From an uncultured virus (IMG/VR IMGVR_UViG_3300025287_000001) (Duplodnaviria > Heunggongvirae > Uroviricota > Caudoviricetes), in IMG/VR virus record IMGVR_UViG_3300025287_000001: a stretch of DNA of 64,000 nt. The stretch is one strand, 5' to 3'. Below the pieces are notes generated by a model, which saw only the letters and a list, made by a program, of their open reading frames with translations, was not told the DNA's origin and made no database searches. The number at the start of each line of letters is the position of its first letter. The stretch's first letter is position 1. The position numbers and the translations under genes were made by a program. Positions 8,443 through 17,162 of the stretch are shown one piece after another.

Positions 8443-9636
8443 ATGTCTACAATCCAAGAAACAGTTGAAACCATTAAGTGTATCGCAGCATCAGAGTTCA
8501 TCATGCCAGTCATGCTTCGAGGTCGTCATGGCATCGGCAAGACTCAAGTCTTCAAGCAGCTTGCAGAAGAGACAGGCAGGAAGTATTTCGCTGTCTACGG
8601 GGCTCAACTGACTGAGGGCGATCTCCTCGGAATCCCTAGCACTGTGAAGTTTAAAAACTTCGAAGGTGAGACCAAAGAGGCCACCAACTTCTGTCTCCCG
8701 CTGTGGCTTCTCAAGGCCGCTAACGAGCCTTCTGTGATCGTGTTCGAGGAGATCGACAGGGCAGAGCCTACTGTCCGCAAGGCGTTCATGCAGCTTGCTT
8801 GTGAGCGCGAGTTGTGGGATGTCAAGCTCCACCCCCAAACGGTGATCGGCGCTGCCATCAACGGCGGGCCAACAGGGCAACACTATGATGTTCTGGATAT
8901 GGACCCGGCTGAACAGGATCGCTGGGCTATCTTCGAGTTGACTCCTACCACTGAAGAGTGGGTCCAGTGGGCAAAAGATCAAGACTACCCGCCGGAGTTC
9001 ATCGCTTTCGTGAATGCAGAACGAAAGCACTTGGAGCACAAGTCTGAGTTTGACCCCAATGTGGTCTATCCCTCTCGTCGTTCCTGGGCTCGCTTCCTCC
9101 AGATCATCAAGACTGGTGGCTTGTACGATACTTACACCAAGAAGCGTGACAATAAGGAGAACTACTCCGAAGAGATGAAGAGAATTTACTTCCTCTCTCG
9201 AAGCATGCTCGGTGAGGCGTGTGCCATCAACCTGAAGAAGCACCTTGAAAGCTTGAAGGTCTATGAACCTCTCGATATCATCAAGCTCGGTGCCAAGATG
9301 CACAAAGAGGTTGAGGACCAAGGGAGGCTTGTCGATCTGGTTACGAACCTTATCAATGAGGATCACTACTCAGATAAGCTCTCTAGTCTGAAGACCAAAG
9401 AGATGAACAACCTTGCTGCCTTCGTCTTCGGCGGAAGTGGAGAGATTGCACAACAGATCTCGAAGCTCATCTCCAGAAAGTTTACGAAGCTCAACACCTC
9501 TCTCCTTATGAAGTGGCTGGAGACCAAGTACAACGGGCGCAAGGTGTCTGAGTACACTGCTGAATTGTCAACAGCAGCGGTTGACTTCGATACTGATTAT
9601 GATAAAGATGACAATAGCAAAGAGGAAGAAGAGTGA
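8443..9636 (+). CDS. MoxR-like AAA+ ATPase
   Basis: Walker A GRHGIGKT, Walker B VIVFEEIDRA, MDPAEQDRW, PSRRSW; next to VWA gene. Confidence 0.9.
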   Translation: MSTIQETVETIKCIAASEFIMPVMLRGRHGIGKTQVFKQLAEETGRKYFAVYGAQLTEGDLLGIPSTVKFKNFEGETKEATNFCLPLWLLKAANEPSVIVFEEIDRAEPTVRKAFMQLACERELWDVKLHPQTVIGAAINGGPTGQHYDVLDMDPAEQDRWAIFELTPTTEEWVQWAKDQDYPPEFIAFVNAERKHLEHKSEFDPNVVYPSRRSWARFLQIIKTGGLYDTYTKKRDNKENYSEEMKRIYFLSRSMLGEACAINLKKHLESLKVYEPLDIIKLGAKMHKEVEDQGRLVDLVTNLINEDHYSDKLSSLKTKEMNNLAAFVFGGSGEIAQQISKLISRKFTKLNTSLLMKWLETKYNGRKVSEYTAELSTAAVDFDTDYDKDDNSKEEEE

Positions 9637-11000
9637 ACGAAGATAAGAACGCACCCAAGCAAGAAGAGGATCTGCCACCATTGACAAGAGAGGATGTTTA
9701 CCTCACAATGGCAATGATCCAGCAGAGCGTCAAACAATGCGCTCCATTCTACTCATGGGCCATCTTGAACATGGTCCCACACGTAACAAGAGACTTGCCT
9801 ACAGCAGGCGTCTCGTACATTGATGGAAGGTTTCACATCTTCTACAATCCTGAGTTCATGTTTAAGTGCCTTGAAGACAAAGGCACAAATGGCGTTGCGG
9901 ATGTCGTAAGACATGAAGTTATGCACCTTATGCATGATCACTTGCATGATGACAGGATTCCCTCTCTCGCGAGGATTCCCGAGGAGGTCAAGGGTTGGGA
10001 TGGTTTCATCAGGGATGATGTTTCCGCAGATGTGGCAGCAAAGTCAAGACGCTCCAAGCAATACTTCAAGCTCTGGAACATTGCTTGCGACTTGGCAATC
10101 AACCACTACCTCCCGCACTTGCCCGAGTTCTGCTGCTTCCCCGGAAAGGGCGAGTTTGCAGACATGCCTCCTGCTGAGTCTGCCGAGTTCTATTGGAATC
10201 AACTTCTGAAGAAGTACCAACAGAAGATCGAGGAAGATAACGAGAGCTTTGCAGAGTGGCTTAAAGACATGGGTAGTATGGACTCTCATGGCCAAGGCGA
10301 GCAAGAGGGAGATGTTTACTCTCCTGACAGAAGCATGGCCGATGCTACCTTGAAAGATATCCTCTCTGACGCCAAGGCCAAGACCGAAGCTGATGCTAAC
10401 GGTTGGGGCAGCATGTCAGAGGCAGAGAGGAAGATGATCAATGACACGATCATGCCACAGATCAAGTGGAACGCAATCGTTAAAAGGTTCATTGGTTATA
10501 CGATCAGGATGAATAAGTCCACCTCTTGGCGCAAGGTCAACAAGAGGATGCCTGGACTGAAGCCGGGGCGAAAGAAGTCCTATGGTGCTCACATCATGAT
10601 CGCTGTTGATATGTCTGGCTCCGTGAGCGATGCTGACCTCGAAGCCTTCTCGGCTGAGATGAACAGCTTGGCAAAGAACACGCAGTTTACTGTGATGCCC
10701 TTCGATACTGAAGTTGTTGAGGATGCATCCTATGTGTGGAGAAAGGGCCAAAAGATGCAGATCGAGCGCGTTCGATGTGGCGGAACCTGTTTCCAATGCG
10801 TTACAGATTACGTCAATCAGAACAGGAAGAAAGAGAACATTGATGGTCTCATCATCCTCTCTGATCTCGAAGCGCCAAAGCCAGGACCGTGCAAGGTAAG
10901 GCGTATGTGGGTACAGACTCACAACGGTCACAATAACTTTAACCCATCAGAAGAGCTTGGGGAAGCATGGGTTAAGTTGGACAAACCAATCAAGAAGTAA
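9633..11000 (+). CDS. VWA-domain protein with N-terminal HEXXH metallopeptidase-like domain (DUF2201-like)
   Basis: HEVMH, WNIACDLAIN, MIDAS DMSGS, GGT, ILSD. Confidence 0.88.
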   Translation: MNEDKNAPKQEEDLPPLTREDVYLTMAMIQQSVKQCAPFYSWAILNMVPHVTRDLPTAGVSYIDGRFHIFYNPEFMFKCLEDKGTNGVADVVRHEVMHLMHDHLHDDRIPSLARIPEEVKGWDGFIRDDVSADVAAKSRRSKQYFKLWNIACDLAINHYLPHLPEFCCFPGKGEFADMPPAESAEFYWNQLLKKYQQKIEEDNESFAEWLKDMGSMDSHGQGEQEGDVYSPDRSMADATLKDILSDAKAKTEADANGWGSMSEAERKMINDTIMPQIKWNAIVKRFIGYTIRMNKSTSWRKVNKRMPGLKPGRKKSYGAHIMIAVDMSGSVSDADLEAFSAEMNSLAKNTQFTVMPFDTEVVEDASYVWRKGQKMQIERVRCGGTCFQCVTDYVNQNRKKENIDGLIILSDLEAPKPGPCKVRRMWVQTHNGHNNFNPSEELGEAWVKLDKPIKK

Positions 11001-11009
11001 GGAAGAACA

Positions 11010-11345
11010 TTGATTACAGACATCATGATTCAGTATGGCATTGCCTTCGAATACACTCCTTTCGAAGACATCCCTGTAGAGCTTCAGCCGTATGTCGAGG
11101 AGTACGGAGAAGAGTATAGAAGATTCTATGTCCTCTCTCTCGAAGAACCAAGTGCGATGTTCAGTCCTGATCGAGCCATCTCGATGGATAGGGTGCTGAA
11201 CAAACTCAGTTCCTTCAAGGCGAAGCAAGCAGTTTGTCGTATTGCTTTCGAAGAGTGGCTTGATGCTGCTGGTATCAAGGACAAGGAAGCCTTGTACGAG
11301 ATGTTCCACGAGCCAGACTTCCTTGTCTTCTACAACACATACTAA
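11010..11345 (+). CDS. Hypothetical protein
   Basis: 111 aa acidic ORF, last gene of the + strand block. Confidence 0.7.
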   Translation: MITDIMIQYGIAFEYTPFEDIPVELQPYVEEYGEEYRRFYVLSLEEPSAMFSPDRAISMDRVLNKLSSFKAKQAVCRIAFEEWLDAAGIKDKEALYEMFHEPDFLVFYNTY

Positions 11346-11468
11346 TCTAGCCCCTTCGGGGGCCGCCCCGCGACCGACAGCACTCCCCCCGGTTGACAGC
11401 AGAGGAACCGTGACTACATTTGATAACGAGGCAGACCGGGGGCAATACCAACGCTCTGTGCAGAACGC

Positions 11469-11969
11469 TCAGTTCAAATGTTCCGCCGATGATACCTTGA
11501 TAACAGTGCCATCTTCTATAGTGGCGTTAAAGGAATCAAAGCTTACCGCCTCATTCCCAAGCATATCATACCTCTCCAGCCCATAAGTATCAGGGTTATC
11601 GAGCAACTCGAATAGTGTTGCGAGAGCAAGGCCTTCGGGGAATGTTGCTTCAACAAGTTCTCTCCTCACAGGCCATGCTCTAACAAGGCCATCTTTATAC
11701 TTGATGTTAATAACATACTCTGTAACCTTCTCTGCGTGTATGTCCAAGTTGCCACCTGTCTTTTGCTTCTTGCCTTCGTAGGAGCGATTCTGAGGGCTTC
11801 CATACTCGAATGCAGCATCTGCATCGGGCGAGATGAAGAAGTTGCTCCTGAAGCCGCTCAGTGAGTCTACGACCTCAATAAGGGCGAGTCTCGTATGAAA
11901 CTTTAGCTCCTCAGAGAAACTTCTTTTGATTTCTTTTAGATTTTTGAGAAATAATTTGATGTTTTTCAT
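11469..11969 (-). CDS. Hypothetical protein, possible C-terminal beta-grasp-like domain
   Basis: 166 aa; weak resemblance of the C-terminal half to MoaD/ThiS pattern, no terminal GG. Confidence 0.65.
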   Translation of the reverse strand: MKNIKLFLKNLKEIKRSFSEELKFHTRLALIEVVDSLSGFRSNFFISPDADAAFEYGSPQNRSYEGKKQKTGGNLDIHAEKVTEYVINIKYKDGLVRAWPVRRELVEATFPEGLALATLFELLDNPDTYGLERYDMLGNEAVSFDSFNATIEDGTVIKVSSAEHLN

Positions 11970-12086
11970 TCTATTTTATCCTATTTTGTGATATTCCATA
12001 GAGACTCAACCGCTGAATCCCTTCAGATTTATATAATAAAATAAAATAGGATAAAGTACAACAGGATAAAATAGGATCTGGTTTCC

Positions 12087-12275
12087 CTAGATCATATCGC
12101 TGTAGAAAAAGTAAAGGCTCTTTGCGCCTGCATTCTGGAGGCGGGTCATTTGTCTCCAGATGAAAGAAGAATACAGGGAAGTGCTTGGCTTTGGTAAGAA
12201 ATACTTTGCCCTTGGAGAGAAGACATTTATGCCGCTTATGATCTCTAGATCGAATACTGTGTTGCTTCTTACCAT
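12087..12275 (-). CDS. Array microprotein, NTxFELE subfamily
   Basis: MVRSNTVFDLEI...YFFYSDMI. Confidence 0.7.
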   Translation of the reverse strand: MVRSNTVFDLEIISGINVFSPRAKYFLPKPSTSLYSSFIWRQMTRLQNAGAKSLYFFYSDMI

Positions 12276-12460
12276 TATATCACATCTTGGAAGAAGAAAG
12301 AGAAGAAGAAGTGACTTTCGCACATTGCTATCATGGTAGAGCGCACAGTACAGGCCCCTGAAATGGAAGCATAACCGTTGAAAAGCCCTACATGTCTTGC
12401 AAAAATGAGTTCCGAAGTTTGGATTATATCCAGCTCGAATATTGTGTTGCTTCTTACCAT
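12275..12460 (-). CDS. Array microprotein, NTxFELE subfamily
   Basis: MVRSNTIFELDI...FFFQDVI. Confidence 0.7.
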   Translation of the reverse strand: MVRSNTIFELDIIQTSELIFARHVGLFNGYASISGACTVRSTMIAMCESHFFFSFFFQDVI

Positions 12461-12645
12461 TATACAGTCTCTCGATAGAAGAAGAAGAGGGAGCAATAAT
12501 CATAGTCTATGTACTCTATAAAGTCTGGGGTCCTCCATCTGGAGTCTGTGTGTGCAGGTCCTTCGAAGAACTGCACAAACCTTATAAATGGTGTACTGTC
12601 ATTGACGATTACTTCCAGCTCGAATATTGTATTTGTCTTTACCAT
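12460..12645 (-). CDS. Array microprotein, NTxFELE subfamily
   Basis: MVKTNTIFELEV...FFFYRETV. Confidence 0.7.
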   Translation of the reverse strand: MVKTNTIFELEVIVNDSTPFIRFVQFFEGPAHTDSRWRTPDFIEYIDYDYCSLFFFYRETV

Positions 12646-12854
12646 TAGAGCACCTCAAAGTAGTACGAAATGAGAATCAGACCTCCTCCAGGCGTCAGGG
12701 CCTTTAGCGTTCTAAATCTTCTTGTCTCGAAGATATGATCTGCAAATCTGATATTAGTTTCCGTACAGTCTAGCAATATCTTCGAAACATCCATCCCTCT
12801 GTCTACGTTATAAGGGAAGATATTATGGAAGTATACGTTATTTCTGTGTATCAT
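12645..12854 (-). CDS. Array microprotein
   Basis: MIHRNN...SYYFEVL. Confidence 0.65.
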   Translation of the reverse strand: MIHRNNVYFHNIFPYNVDRGMDVSKILLDCTETNIRFADHIFETRRFRTLKALTPGGGLILISYYFEVL

Positions 12855-13102
12855 CAATGCCACCAATGGTAGTGTTGGATGAGGGTGATCATATCGAAGC
12901 CATCAGGCTTTATTATCATCTTTAATGTCTCCTTTCTGTTATGCCTGAACTCCTCGTAAAGCTTTCCTGGGCTATCGACATTACAGCAAGTTGATATGAG
13001 GCCTTTCATAACTCTAAAGGGCTTTACATAAGAATCCCTTCCGACTATAAAGTAACCTCTTGCGCCCGAGTTCGCGAATATGCCACCGTTAGAGCTTATC
13101 AT
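12854..13102 (-). CDS. Array microprotein, SNGG/WWH subfamily
   Basis: MISSNGG...QHYHWWH. Confidence 0.7.
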   Translation of the reverse strand: MISSNGGIFANSGARGYFIVGRDSYVKPFRVMKGLISTCCNVDSPGKLYEEFRHNRKETLKMIIKPDGFDMITLIQHYHWWH

Positions 13103-13302
13103 CAGAACAAATCCTGGTAAAAGAAGAAGAGAGCGAGAGTATTTTCAAGGCGGTTCTCTAGTAAAAAGTTCAAGCTTCTGATTGCATCAGCCTGCAATCT
13201 ACAGTCACCAGTACGAATCATGAAGTATTCGTGCCTTATGAAATGGGATGCTGCTTCACTTTTCAGCACTTCCAACTCGAACAATGTGTTTGTTTTTAAC
13301 AT
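13102..13302 (-). CDS. Array microprotein, NTxFELE subfamily
   Basis: MLKTNTLFELEV...FFFYQDLF. Confidence 0.7.
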   Translation of the reverse strand: MLKTNTLFELEVLKSEAASHFIRHEYFMIRTGDCRLQADAIRSLNFLLENRLENTLALFFFYQDLF

Positions 13303-13502
13303 CAGAATGAATCCCAATAGTAAAAGAAGAGCTGGAGGGCATTGTCGAGGTCGCCTTCTAGAAATAAGTCCAAGTTTGCAATTACACTAGAAACCAATCT
13401 ATAATCATCAGCATGCCTCATGAAACTTTGATGCCTTATGAATCGTAATGATGCCTGATTTTTCAGTATCTCTAATTCGAATACTGTATTTGTCTTTATC
13501 AT
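13302..13502 (-). CDS. Array microprotein, NTxFELE subfamily
   Basis: MIKTNTVFELEI...FFYYWDSF; close paralogue of neighbour. Confidence 0.7.
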   Translation of the reverse strand: MIKTNTVFELEILKNQASLRFIRHQSFMRHADDYRLVSSVIANLDLFLEGDLDNALQLFFYYWDSF

Positions 13503-13747
13503 TAATGCCACCAAAAGTAACGCTGTAGTATCGAGGTCAGGTCATAGCCCACCAAGACTGCTATGACCATCCTTCTCTCGGAGGAGCTGTCAAGAGGAGG
13601 TAGGTTAGATCGGCTCCTCCGATCATCCTTATATGCACAGGTGCATATAACAGATTCACGTCTTTCAGGTGGCACAGGGCGGGTAAACACATCCTCGAAC
13701 ATGTTAAGTGGGCTTATTAGATGCGAGCCACCATTATTGCTTATCAT
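13502..13747 (-). CDS. Array microprotein, SNGG/WWH subfamily
   Basis: MISNNGG...QRYFWWH. Confidence 0.7.
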   Translation of the reverse strand: MISNNGGSHLISPLNMFEDVFTRPVPPERRESVICTCAYKDDRRSRSNLPPLDSSSERRMVIAVLVGYDLTSILQRYFWWH

Positions 13748-13950
13748 TATAGCCACCAATAGTAGTATTGAAGGACGTGGTGAGCCTCTCCGTTAAGGGC
13801 AGAAGCGCGCACAATCCTTAAGGACTTTTTGGGATAATATGCGGTCTTGGTAATTTCTCCAAGCGTCTGGTATATGTTACGATATCCCAAGCTTTTCTGG
13901 AAAACGAGGCCTGTAAACTCGCAGACAAGAATATTGTTAAACGTATTCAT
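13747..13950 (-). CDS. Array microprotein
   Basis: MNTFNN...QYYYWWL. Confidence 0.7.
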   Translation of the reverse strand: MNTFNNILVCEFTGLVFQKSLGYRNIYQTLGEITKTAYYPKKSLRIVRASALNGEAHHVLQYYYWWL

Positions 13951-14156
13951 TATATCCACCAATGGTAGTAAGATATGATGTCTCTAGTATTCAAATCACT
14001 AATTCTAGAAAGCCTAACGTTTCTTCCGTGACTAAGCACCCCGCTGGTGTCCACTAACCCACTAAAGACTTCGGTGAAGAAGTTCCCGCCGTATTCAAAG
14101 AGGGGATTACTGTCCAAGGATAAGCGTGTTGATATATAAGTGTTCAGAGTATTCAT
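13950..14156 (-). CDS. Array microprotein
   Basis: MNTLNT...YYHWWI. Confidence 0.7.
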   Translation of the reverse strand: MNTLNTYISTRLSLDSNPLFEYGGNFFTEVFSGLVDTSGVLSHGRNVRLSRISDLNTRDIISYYHWWI

Positions 14157-14356
14157 TATAACCACCAGTAGTATTGGAGCATGTTAGCCATCGGTTGACT
14201 CATGAGATCTATCATCGTAAATGTTCCACTTTGGCGGGGAGTCTGGGAGGCCTTGGGCACGCGATCATTAGCCACGCAGATATAAACCTTCAAGAGCATG
14301 TTGTGCGAAGAAGAACAACCAATTCTATACGCAGAATGACTATTTGTTGTTATCAT
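14156..14356 (-). CDS. Array microprotein
   Basis: MITTNS...NMLQYYWWL. Confidence 0.7.
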   Translation of the reverse strand: MITTNSHSAYRIGCSSSHNMLLKVYICVANDRVPKASQTPRQSGTFTMIDLMSQPMANMLQYYWWL

Positions 14357-14556
14357 CGCAGCCACCAATGGTACTGGAACATGTTTGTTAAGTTATGCCC
14401 TATAAGACTTCTCATGGCGCGCCCTCTTCCCTGGTAGGTCCTTTGAGAGGTCTTGGGCTGGAAACTACCGAGGGCGCGGTTGGACATCATTAAGAACGTG
14501 TTGTGCGAGGAAGTCCAATCCAATATCCGCATGGAGTAACTGTTATTGTACATCAT
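14353..14556 (-). CDS. Array microprotein
   Basis: MMYNNS...NMFQYHWWLR; paralogue of neighbour (SSHN, PKxSQ). Confidence 0.7.
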   Translation of the reverse strand: MMYNNSYSMRILDWTSSHNTFLMMSNRALGSFQPKTSQRTYQGRGRAMRSLIGHNLTNMFQYHWWLR

Positions 14557-14650
14557 TTTTTATTCCTTATCTGAGGCCTTACATAGTTTTACCTAGCATA
14601 TAGGGAAACCCTTACTAAGTGCTTGAAATTATTGACCTTTATTTTTTGGC

Positions 14651-14842
14651 CTATTTTACGTATCTGATGATTGAAGGAGATGTGAAGTTGTCTCTGGTGT
14701 AAGAATAGAGGTAAAAAGGGTCGGATCTGAAGCCTCTGAGCTTATAATCACACAAGAATCGGTAACTTGTTGCCAAAACAATGCCCTTTATAGGAAATGA
14801 CTTCAGAGGGAAGAGGTTGTCATAAAGCTTGCAAATCACCAT
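14651..14842 (-). CDS. Small hypothetical protein within array
   Basis: 63 aa, AGGAG RBS. Confidence 0.5.
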   Translation of the reverse strand: MVICKLYDNLFPLKSFPIKGIVLATSYRFLCDYKLRGFRSDPFYLYSYTRDNFTSPSIIRYVK

Positions 14843-14931
14843 AATGCTTTCTCCTGTTGATTATAAGCGGTTAAGAGGGGGATATCCATAAATGCCTCCT
14901 TGCTCTATTTCCCTATACGCTAGGTAACAAT

Positions 14932-15135
14932 TCAAAGGGTAGAGCAAAGAACGAATCCTTGATTAAAGAACCTTGTCAGATAAAGGACTCTCCCTGGTAT
15001 GATTCTGGTTGAGAGGTGGCTTGTGTTCCGCTTCAGATAATAGTCCAGAGAATAGCATGTCTCCAGTAGAAGAACGGGTTCTCCCTGGAGCAGCCCATGG
15101 GATTTATAGAGTGCCGAACAATTCATTGTTATCAT
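14932..15135 (-). CDS. Array microprotein
   Basis: MITMNC start, ATGA overlap. Confidence 0.6.
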   Translation of the reverse strand: MITMNCSALYKSHGLLQGEPVLLLETCYSLDYYLKRNTSHLSTRIIPGRVLYLTRFFNQGFVLCSTL

Positions 15136-15341
15136 ACAACCTTCTTTATCACAAAGTGCCAATCGAAGTACAGGATATGATCATGGAGATTGCCATTACA
15201 GTTAAGCTCCTCAACCATCATCATTTGAATCCCTATAAGGTCTTTGTTCCCGTTCGAGTAGCAACTTTTGATGCAGGTCTTGATGTTTCTTTTTTCAGAA
15301 CCAATATAGTCAAAGACAAGATAATTCTTGAAGTCTATCAT
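15132..15341 (-). CDS. Array microprotein
   Basis: MIDFKN start, ATGA overlap. Confidence 0.6.
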   Translation of the reverse strand: MIDFKNYLVFDYIGSEKRNIKTCIKSCYSNGNKDLIGIQMMMVEELNCNGNLHDHILYFDWHFVIKKVV

Positions 15342-15544
15342 TGCCAATCTCCGCACCATCCCACGCTAAACATCTGTGAGTGGTAGTATGACAGCATCTC
15401 CCATAAAGCTATGCTGTCACGGGATGGTACGGGGATCATGCGCACCCTGGAGCTTCCTGACTTTGCATAGTGGCGAGGGGGATCGCAATCTATTGTTTGC
15501 TCTGGGATTATTATTAGTCCCATATAGGTGTTTATTGTATTCAT
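15338..15544 (-). CDS. Array microprotein
   Basis: MNTINT start. Confidence 0.6.
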   Translation of the reverse strand: MNTINTYMGLIIIPEQTIDCDPPRHYAKSGSSRVRMIPVPSRDSIALWEMLSYYHSQMFSVGWCGDWQ

Positions 15545-15548
15545 TAGC

Positions 15549-15782
15549 CTAAACCTTAACGACGTGGTACGCGATAAACGGCTTACTGAACATTATAGTA
15601 TCATAGAGAATGGGGCGAGTAAGGAAGTCCAAGTAGGCCTTCAGAGGGCTTGACACGCTTCTTCTGTCTGCCCCACCCGCTGCGTACTTGAGGTAAGCAG
15701 AAGGCACTACTTCAACTTTATAGCCTTTCGCAAGAGAAACATTACCATAATCCAAGATCAAAGATGTGTTAAAGTGTATCAT
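15549..15782 (-). CDS. Array microprotein
   Basis: MIHFNT start. Confidence 0.6.
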   Translation of the reverse strand: MIHFNTSLILDYGNVSLAKGYKVEVVPSAYLKYAAGGADRRSVSSPLKAYLDFLTRPILYDTIMFSKPFIAYHVVKV

Positions 15783-15973
15783 GGACCTACCTCATCGACG
15801 CCGAAAAAGCTTATATTAAAGAACCTTAACATGTCTCTCACGGAGTAATTCATAAGACCACAGAAAGGCGTTCTATGCACAACTTCAGTGCTCTCAGCAG
15901 CGTGGTAATAAGGGAAGTAGAACAAGGTGTATCCTGATATAGTATAAGAACTTACTGTGTTTAGTGTTATCAT
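15779..15973 (-). CDS. Array microprotein
   Basis: MITLNT...FPY...HRTP. Confidence 0.65.
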   Translation of the reverse strand: MITLNTVSSYTISGYTLFYFPYYHAAESTEVVHRTPFCGLMNYSVRDMLRFFNISFFGVDEVGP

Positions 15974-16167
15974 TGCTCTAACTCCACAATGGAGAATAGG
16001 TTCATACGGAAGTAAGCGAGAAGGCTAACAAGCCCTCCGGCACCTTGTGTATAAAGGAGAGGGCGGTGCCTCACCAAGTCTGGGCGGGGTTGGAACTGAT
16101 ACGGGAACTCAAGGCACAATCTGGCCGGCAATATGTGAAGAGCTGCTGTATTGTTGAGAGTCACCAT
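15970..16167 (-). CDS. Array microprotein
   Basis: MVTLNN...FPY...HRP; AGGAGG RBS. Confidence 0.65.
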   Translation of the reverse strand: MVTLNNTAALHILPARLCLEFPYQFQPRPDLVRHRPLLYTQGAGGLVSLLAYFRMNLFSIVELEQ

Positions 16168-16563
16168 ACGCCCTCCTAAGGGCTTCGAATTGTCTAGGTA
16201 GGCTACCCCCTTCGCCGGGGGCGTTCTGTTGATTCTGAGGCTTTCTAGGGGCCTTCTCGTTGATATTTGGGCGGGTCTGACCCCCCTCCAACAACCCCAA
16301 AAATAATCAACCTCGTTCACCGCCTTCCGGGGCTTATTGCACCACTTTTCAGCACTTTTCAACACTCGTCAGTGCTTATTGCACCACCTTCCGGGCTCCC
16401 TTGTAAGCTAGGCACCGGATCTGGCGGGTCAAGGGAAAGGGACAAAGAATATGAACGGACAAGGAGAAAAAAGAAACCCCGGATGGGATTGCTCATCTCT
16501 TCTTGTTGCTTATATATGATCTTCTTATTATTGGTTCTTATTATTGCTTCTCATAAAGAGAGC

Positions 16564-16779
16564 TTAATGCATAACAAGAATGGTATGAAGTTTCTTATCT
16601 GGGTACATGGTATATCCTATAGCTCTTGTTACACTTAATAATCCTTTGTATAGAGTTATAGAGTCTCTTTCCTTGTCTCCGTTTCCCAGTATCCATGTAT
16701 TATTATTTATTGTTGTCTGCGGTGGAAGAAGCCTTCTTGTTTCGTATTCGAGCAGCCATAGATTGTTCGTGATGATCAT
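16564..16779 (-). CDS. Array microprotein
   Basis: MIITNNLW start. Confidence 0.65.
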   Translation of the reverse strand: MIITNNLWLLEYETRRLLPPQTTINNNTWILGNGDKERDSITLYKGLLSVTRAIGYTMYPDKKLHTILVMH

Positions 16780-16958
16780 AGCACAAACTTGTTGGAGTAG
16801 AGGATAAGCTTCTTTGGGTAATACCCCATAAGCAAGTAGAGATGCTCAAAGGTGCATGCTCTTATAATGGATTTGGAGAATCCCGAGACTCCCAGGGCAA
16901 TATGAAGCACGGGGGATTCGACGTGGTTTCTTGTCCATATTGTATTTGCTCTTATCAT
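16776..16958 (-). CDS. Array microprotein, NTxW subfamily
   Basis: MIRANTIW. Confidence 0.7.
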   Translation of the reverse strand: MIRANTIWTRNHVESPVLHIALGVSGFSKSIIRACTFEHLYLLMGYYPKKLILYSNKFVL

Positions 16959-17162
16959 CTATCTGAAACTCCCTGCCAAGAGAGTTATGCGCCTTAGTTC
17001 GTAACTCTCTAAGTTGCTCAAAAGAAGGAAGAAGTTTAGTTCTTTACCTACGTTGCCCATATGACTGGACGTGGGATATGATAGCGGCAGCAATTGCCTG
17101 TGAGCATCTAATCTGTAAGCATCTGAATGGTCCATTGTCCATATCGTGTTTAGTATTATCAT
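16959..17162 (-). CDS. Array microprotein, NTxW subfamily
   Basis: MIILNTIW. Confidence 0.7.
   Translation of the reverse strand: MIILNTIWTMDHSDAYRLDAHRQLLPLSYPTSSHMGNVGKELNFFLLLSNLESYELRRITLLAGSFR

Larger units (their letters stand above)
776..11420 (+). repeat. Dispersed intergenic repeat: GCCCC-TYCG-GGGGC-CGCCC hairpin followed by a promoter
   Basis: Copies start at 776 (partial), 1573, 2007, 2840, 3539, 4178, 4703, 5409, 6050, 8317, 11350; the ten full copies each begin within about 20 nt after a stop codon. Confidence 0.95.

Noticed and set aside
8491..9366. 291-aa - strand ORF and similar antisense ORFs (4819-5445, 10416-10931, 59900-60556)
   Set aside because: Shadow frames of well-supported genes on the opposite strand
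776..11420. Hairpin repeats as a CRISPR array
   Set aside because: Spacing is irregular (0.4-3 kb), intervals hold genes and promoters, and no cas genes are visible
776..11420. Integron with attC sites
   Set aside because: No integrase in the window, repeats lack RYYYAAC/GTTRRRY ends, and cassettes carry their own promoters
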